From Sedimentisphaerales bacterium (GTDB taxonomy: Bacteria; Planctomycetota; Phycisphaerae; Sedimentisphaerales; SM23-30), in the NCBI GenBank assembly GCA_963666285.1, contig OY762711.1: a stretch of DNA of 64,000 bases, one strand, 5' to 3'. The position numbers and the translations under genes were made by a program. The notes under the pieces are model-generated. The model saw only the letters and a list, made by a program, of their open reading frames with translations. It was not told where the DNA came from and did no database searches. Positions 59,030 to 64,000 of this stretch are shown here, piece by piece. Position 1 is the first letter of the stretch. Each line of letters opens with the position of its first letter.

Positions 59030-60469
59030 TTAAGCACTTACAAGTTCTTTTTTTGAATCTAATTTAGCCTTGCTAACCTGATTAACAAAAGAAACGGCAC
59101 ACTTTTCCATTTCATCAACAATGCTTTTAGCTTTTCGCGATAAAAATGCATAGAGGAGTAATGAAGGTATTGCAACTATAAGTCCAAACTCAGTGGTAAT
59201 CAAAGCTTCAGAGATACCGCCAGAAAGAGTTTTAACATCACTAGAACCAAATACTGTAATCAGCTTAAAGGTGTTAATAATACCGGTAACTGTTCCCAGC
59301 AGACCGAGCAAAGGTGCTGATGAGGCACTAATAGAAATAAACGGCAGCAGCTTTTGCAGGTTTAATTTAGTGGAAAGAACAGTTTCAAACATGACTTCTT
59401 CGATCAAATCAGTTGGCTCATTAAGATGTTCAGCACCTTTAGCCAGCATCTTACCCGCTGGGCCACCCACTGCCTCTGCCCATGATTGGGCCTTATCATA
59501 ATCATTTTCTGTAACTGCAATCAATAAATTGTCAAAATTCTTTTTCGATGGATTTCGCATAAACAGAAGATGAATCCACTTTATCAATGCTACCAGCAAA
59601 GCAAGTCCCGCCATACCAAGAATCGGATACATAACCGGACCACCTTTGGCTATATGCTCTGCCAGAGTTTGTTTAGTTTCTTCAACTACATGAGCGTTAC
59701 CACCAGTTGGATCAAAAGGTAATATTCCTTTATTATCAGCAATCAGTTTTTCAGCTGCCTGTTTATCCAACAGTTCACCAAATGTAACCACTGAAGGTTC
59801 CAATGAGCCAATGCGAAGTTCAATTGTCCCTAGAATGGAATTGTCATTGGCTTTAAATAGTGCTATTGGACCAAACTTTACAAACTTACCGTTTTTTACC
59901 AGGCCGGCATTGTCTACTGCTTTCCCTTCAAAAGAAGTGCCGCCAATAGCCTGATTCATGCGTTCAAGCGAAGCAAAAAGTAAATCAGCCTGAGTAATAT
60001 ATATCTGTAATTCAGTCAAATTGCTATTTTCCGGGGCCAACCTGGCTTCTTTTAGCAGATTTGCATATCTCTGCACTTCAGATATATGCAAATGAGACTC
60101 AAAATTCCTGATATAATCATTTAGAAGATTTGATATATAATTTGCCTGATCCTGCCTGACTTTCAACTCACTTTTCATATTTATAAGATCAAGCTTTCTG
60201 GTATCAAGAGTTCTGATAGTCTCTTGATAATCCATGCGTACTTTGGAAAGTTTATTTTCCAGTTCACTAACTTTTCTACTTAAAGGCAGCTTTTCATTTA
60301 CAACCTGCTCTCTCAACCGGTTCAATTCATCAATACTTATTTCCAGCTTATTTTGAATTACTTCCGAAGTTTGTGAAAAATTCGAGCTGTCAGATGTATC
60401 TTGAGCCTGAGAAAAAGAAGAAAATGATATAACTACAGTTGATATAAGCAATAATAATTTCATATTCAT
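59030..60469 (-). CDS. Long MotA/TolQ/ExbB family protein with periplasmic coiled coil (TtpC-like)
   Basis: Signal peptide, coiled-coil N-half, then GGPVMYPI, SAPLLGLLGTVTGII and GGISEALITTEFGLIVAIP. Confidence 0.87.
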   Translation of the reverse strand: MNMKLLLLISTVVISFSSFSQAQDTSDSSNFSQTSEVIQNKLEISIDELNRLREQVVNEKLPLSRKVSELENKLSKVRMDYQETIRTLDTRKLDLINMKSELKVRQDQANYISNLLNDYIRNFESHLHISEVQRYANLLKEARLAPENSNLTELQIYITQADLLFASLERMNQAIGGTSFEGKAVDNAGLVKNGKFVKFGPIALFKANDNSILGTIELRIGSLEPSVVTFGELLDKQAAEKLIADNKGILPFDPTGGNAHVVEETKQTLAEHIAKGGPVMYPILGMAGLALLVALIKWIHLLFMRNPSKKNFDNLLIAVTENDYDKAQSWAEAVGGPAGKMLAKGAEHLNEPTDLIEEVMFETVLSTKLNLQKLLPFISISASSAPLLGLLGTVTGIINTFKLITVFGSSDVKTLSGGISEALITTEFGLIVAIPSLLLYAFLSRKAKSIVDEMEKCAVSFVNQVSKAKLDSKKELVSA

Positions 60470-60482
60470 TCATGCACCTACT

Positions 60483-61286
60483 TTATTTAATCTCTACCGG
60501 CAACTTGACATAAGATGCCACTTTTTCATTTTTCAAAATAGATATAACATCTGAAACTGCCGGAGCAATTTCATTGTTCTCTGTCCATTTCCAGCCTTCA
60601 TCTGTTAAATTCCCGATGCCTGCAATATCACCAGTGGCATTAACAAAATATGCCTGCCCCAAACCAATATAAACAGTAGTAACTTCAACTGAATCACCAG
60701 TGTCAAGATTTCTTACCTCACTGACTATTGATATTTCGCGATTAAATTTATCAACTTCATTCAGTATGCCAACAATATTCTGAAATCTTTCAGACAATGA
60801 TACAGTTTTTGAAGTATTTTCCGGATCAGGTAATCTTTGGCTTAACGGTTTTATGTGGCCATTAACATTCTCAGGCAGCTTTTTAATTACATCACGCACA
60901 CCATCTTCCAATCTTCCGACAATGTTCTGTAATACAGTAAAATTATTATTGTATTCATTATTATCTTTAAGAATTTTCTGGCGTTTTATATCAGCATCAG
61001 AGATGTTATCTTTTGCAGTTACAATTTTTCTTTCCAACTCCTCAATTTCTCTTTCTAACAACTTGATTCTTTCATTCAGCATTTCTTTTGAAAGTTCAAA
61101 ATCTCGTTTTTCCTGCGAGATTATCCTTTGAGTTTCAACCCATTTTTCCAGTGTTGCTTTTGAATTTAGAACATCCTGTTCAGTCTTTGTTTCCTGTGCA
61201 AAGGCAATGGAAAAATTAATGCAAATAGATATTGATATTAAAACAGCTATACATTCGTAATTATTTATAAGCTTAATAATATTCAT
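60483..61286 (-). CDS. DUF3450-family coiled-coil periplasmic protein (TtpB-like)
   Basis: Signal peptide, coiled coil, SLSERFQNIV and VYIGLGQAYF...W.W motifs. Canonical position before the long ExbB. Confidence 0.75.
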   Translation of the reverse strand: MNIIKLINNYECIAVLISISICINFSIAFAQETKTEQDVLNSKATLEKWVETQRIISQEKRDFELSKEMLNERIKLLEREIEELERKIVTAKDNISDADIKRQKILKDNNEYNNNFTVLQNIVGRLEDGVRDVIKKLPENVNGHIKPLSQRLPDPENTSKTVSLSERFQNIVGILNEVDKFNREISIVSEVRNLDTGDSVEVTTVYIGLGQAYFVNATGDIAGIGNLTDEGWKWTENNEIAPAVSDVISILKNEKVASYVKLPVEIK

Positions 61287-61409
61287 CTTCAGTGTATCCT
61301 TAATTAAGTTCTCATTATGGTTTCATAATAACTCAGGTTAATAATATACCAAAATACTGTTAAAAATGTGCTAACTTAGCGATAATGTTATGTTAACTTA
61401 GAGTTAATC

Positions 61410-64000
61410 CTAAAAAGTTGCGCTTACACTTAGTGAAAAATCCATACCTTTAGAATAAGAAGTCTTAACTCTTTCTTCACCAGTTATGTGGTTACGATAT
61501 ACTGTCTGTATATCAGGGTCAAGCAGGTTCTTAGCCTTAAAGCTTAACTTCCATGTGTCATTAAATTTATGCGACAAGGTAAAATTAAGTGTGTCATATT
61601 CTGTTTCATAAACATTAGGGATCAAATTACCTTCATTTTCTGCTGCACCTGCAACAAGAGTATCACCTCTAACTGTATAGAAAAGACCACATTTAGTTGC
61701 TTTATTGGGAAAATCATATGTCATAAAGATATTATATAAATGCTCAGGAGCATGACTCATATCTCTGCTATCCATTGAAACACTATCAAATTGTTCAGAC
61801 TTTGATATAGATACCTCTGAATCAATAATAGTGGCGTTTGCCCCTAAACCTATGCCGTCAAAAGACTTCAAAAGAATGCCTAGATCCTGGCGAAATTCAA
61901 ATTCAAATCCAGTTAATATACCATCCGGGTAATTAGTTGCAGTGGTATAACTATAATCACCAACTCGCTGCACATATTCTATTGGATCTTTGACATCTTT
62001 ATAAAAATAGCTCAAAGACAATAAACCCTTGTCAAACGGCGTATAATCAAAACGAATGTCATAATTTTTAATTTGGCTCATTCTTAGTTCTGGATTACCT
62101 ACAAACAAATCTGCACCAAGATATTCCTGCTGCTCAATTGGAGCTAATTCCTTGAATGTCTGCCTGGCCAATGTTTCACTATAGGCCGTTCTGATAGCAA
62201 ATCTATCTATCGGCTTAAATACAAAGCTCAATGAAGGAAGCACGTCATCCTGGCTATAATCTACATCTGCATCACCAGGATTTAATTCAGCCGGATATGT
62301 CTGCCCCGGAGGCAGCCATGTAACCTTACCTTGTTTGAATGTCTCTCCTGATTCCGGCTCGGCATCAGGAAAATTTACTATTGACAATTCAGTTGACTCA
62401 AATCTGGCACCACCAATAACACTTATCTTTGATGTAATTGGGAAATCTGCCATCGCATAATATGCCTGAATATCTTGTTTTCCGTCGTAATCAACATCAA
62501 TTGCCGCTTCAATCAGAGGGTGATCTTCTCCCGGAAAAGAGTCTGACCAGTAATCTTCCCAGCTTCCTTCATATGTAGGATTATAACTGCTCCCTATAGG
62601 ACGGAAATTACTGTATGAATCCTGGTTATAATCACGATCTACTTTATCATAAAAATATCCAAACTTTAGATAACCATCACTTTCTGACCATCTCTTAAAT
62701 GGAAACTTCATATTTAACGATAATTGATCTGATTCTTCACTCACAGATCTCCATACACGCTGTAGATTACCAAGATTAATATTTTCAGCTGATTTATATT
62801 GTTCATAATATGATGGAATAATAGCTTCATCTATATATGGAGGCATTGCTTCCTGATACTGATCACCATGCCAGACAACGCCAAACATACGTTTGTCAGG
62901 TTGATCCATTTCAGCAGTATTATGTGACAATGTCCAATCTAATTTCGGCTCCTCAAATTCAAGAAAATCTCCAAAAGCAAAATCTGATTCTGAAAATGTA
63001 TGTTCACCTCTAAGATGTATAGTATGAGTAGTCCTTTCAGTATATTCCAAAGTTTGTGTTCTTATATATGGAGCGGCATCAGTAGAATCTGGCAAATTGC
63101 CCGGACTATAAGGATTATTGGGATTATATCCCGGAAAATAATAACTTTTTCCACGTGTATCTTCAGCTAGAACTGCTTTGTCTTCAGCTGCCCTGGTATA
63201 CATATTGACTAAAGTAAATTTATGATTTTCAGTCTCTAAACCAAGAATTCCAAGCGCTCCCCACTTTACCTCTTCTGACGCTTTATTTACATCAAATAGT
63301 TTTGTAAAAAATCTTTTACCTTCAGGGCTATCTCCTGGTGTATCCTCTCCACTATATTGCGGAGACATTGTATTTTCGCCTTCCAGTACCCAGTATTTAT
63401 CATCAATACCGTCATTATAGAAAGAACTGTCTTTTTCGTAATAAAAGCTACCAAAAGCACCTATGGTAACTTCATCATTCAGTAATTTTTTTCCACCACC
63501 AGAAACAGACCATTTATAGTCTAAGGGGACATCTGTTACTGATACACCTACAGCATCACCATCACCCTGGTATGGATCATCTACATCCCTACTGCCAAAT
63601 GTACTCACCCCTCCACCACGATAAGACAGAAAGTCACTGCCATAAACATTAGTATTAATCCCAGAGCCGGCACTGAAATTAATAACTGTTTCATCTGGAA
63701 TGCCTTTAAGAACAACATTTACTGCACCGCCAGACGCATCTCCCTGCTGGTCAGGAGTAAAAGTTTTACTTACCTGAATGCTCTCAATTACAGCAGCTGG
63801 AAACTGATCTAATTGAACCGCACGTTTATTAGCATCTGCAGTAGGAAGCCTTATGCCGTTCATCTGCGAATTAACATATCTATCTGGCAAACCTCGAACT
63901 ACAGCATATTTTCCATCCTGTACTGTAGTACCTGCAACTAATTTCAAAGCGTCTGTAGCATCTGAAACTCCAGCCATTTTCATTAATTCAGAACCGACAG
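61410..64000 (-). CDS. TonB-dependent outer-membrane receptor, partial (5' end beyond window)
   Basis: Frame is open upstream of the listed Met (VGSELMKM). Plug motifs VVRGLPDRY...LDQFPAAVIESIQVSKTFTPD...GGAVN; barrel motifs GNPELR and KNLLD; C-terminal Phe. Confidence 0.92.
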   Translation of the reverse strand, partial: VGSELMKMAGVSDATDALKLVAGTTVQDGKYAVVRGLPDRYVNSQMNGIRLPTADANKRAVQLDQFPAAVIESIQVSKTFTPDQQGDASGGAVNVVLKGIPDETVINFSAGSGINTNVYGSDFLSYRGGGVSTFGSRDVDDPYQGDGDAVGVSVTDVPLDYKWSVSGGGKKLLNDEVTIGAFGSFYYEKDSSFYNDGIDDKYWVLEGENTMSPQYSGEDTPGDSPEGKRFFTKLFDVNKASEEVKWGALGILGLETENHKFTLVNMYTRAAEDKAVLAEDTRGKSYYFPGYNPNNPYSPGNLPDSTDAAPYIRTQTLEYTERTTHTIHLRGEHTFSESDFAFGDFLEFEEPKLDWTLSHNTAEMDQPDKRMFGVVWHGDQYQEAMPPYIDEAIIPSYYEQYKSAENINLGNLQRVWRSVSEESDQLSLNMKFPFKRWSESDGYLKFGYFYDKVDRDYNQDSYSNFRPIGSSYNPTYEGSWEDYWSDSFPGEDHPLIEAAIDVDYDGKQDIQAYYAMADFPITSKISVIGGARFESTELSIVNFPDAEPESGETFKQGKVTWLPPGQTYPAELNPGDADVDYSQDDVLPSLSFVFKPIDRFAIRTAYSETLARQTFKELAPIEQQEYLGADLFVGNPELRMSQIKNYDIRFDYTPFDKGLLSLSYFYKDVKDPIEYVQRVGDYSYTTATNYPDGILTGFEFEFRQDLGILLKSFDGIGLGANATIIDSEVSISKSEQFDSVSMDSRDMSHAPEHLYNIFMTYDFPNKATKCGLFYTVRGDTLVAGAAENEGNLIPNVYETEYDTLNFTLSHKFNDTWKLSFKAKNLLDPDIQTVYRNHITGEERVKTSYSKGMDFSLSVSATF

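Overview
Bacterial chromosomal window, most likely a planctomycete of the Phycisphaerae/Sedimentisphaerales type. This is inferred from an LEPRxLL-like N-terminal motif, planctomycete-style dockerin repeats and a PEP-CTERM protein. Half the window is one uninterrupted 33.5-kb ORF (5710..39225, minus, 11,171 aa) encoding a modular surface protein. Its modules are an LktA/haemagglutinin-like beta-helical stalk, an internal RTX block, a propeller-like region, repeated beta-helix/Ig/LamG cassettes, a NIDO-like domain and two dockerin-like modules. It has a consensus sigma70 promoter with a ~380-nt leader and is followed by a small secreted cohesin-like/dockerin protein. Left of it lie a partial acyltransferase-ACP-AMP-ligase gene, a frameshifted MFS gene, a membrane 4Fe-4S protein and pyrE. 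Right of it lie PEP-CTERM, DUF4838 and GH43 genes, a 164-bp MITE, an HD protein, a decayed Rhs toxin with intact AT-rich immunity-like genes, a ~1.7-kb non-coding mosaic of short repeats and mini-hairpins, a radical SAM plus PHP-GT4 pair, and a TBDR-DUF3450-ExbB-ExbB-ExbD-TonB-TPR operon. No rRNA, tRNA or CRISPR array was seen. All domain calls are by eye from motifs; no database searches were run.
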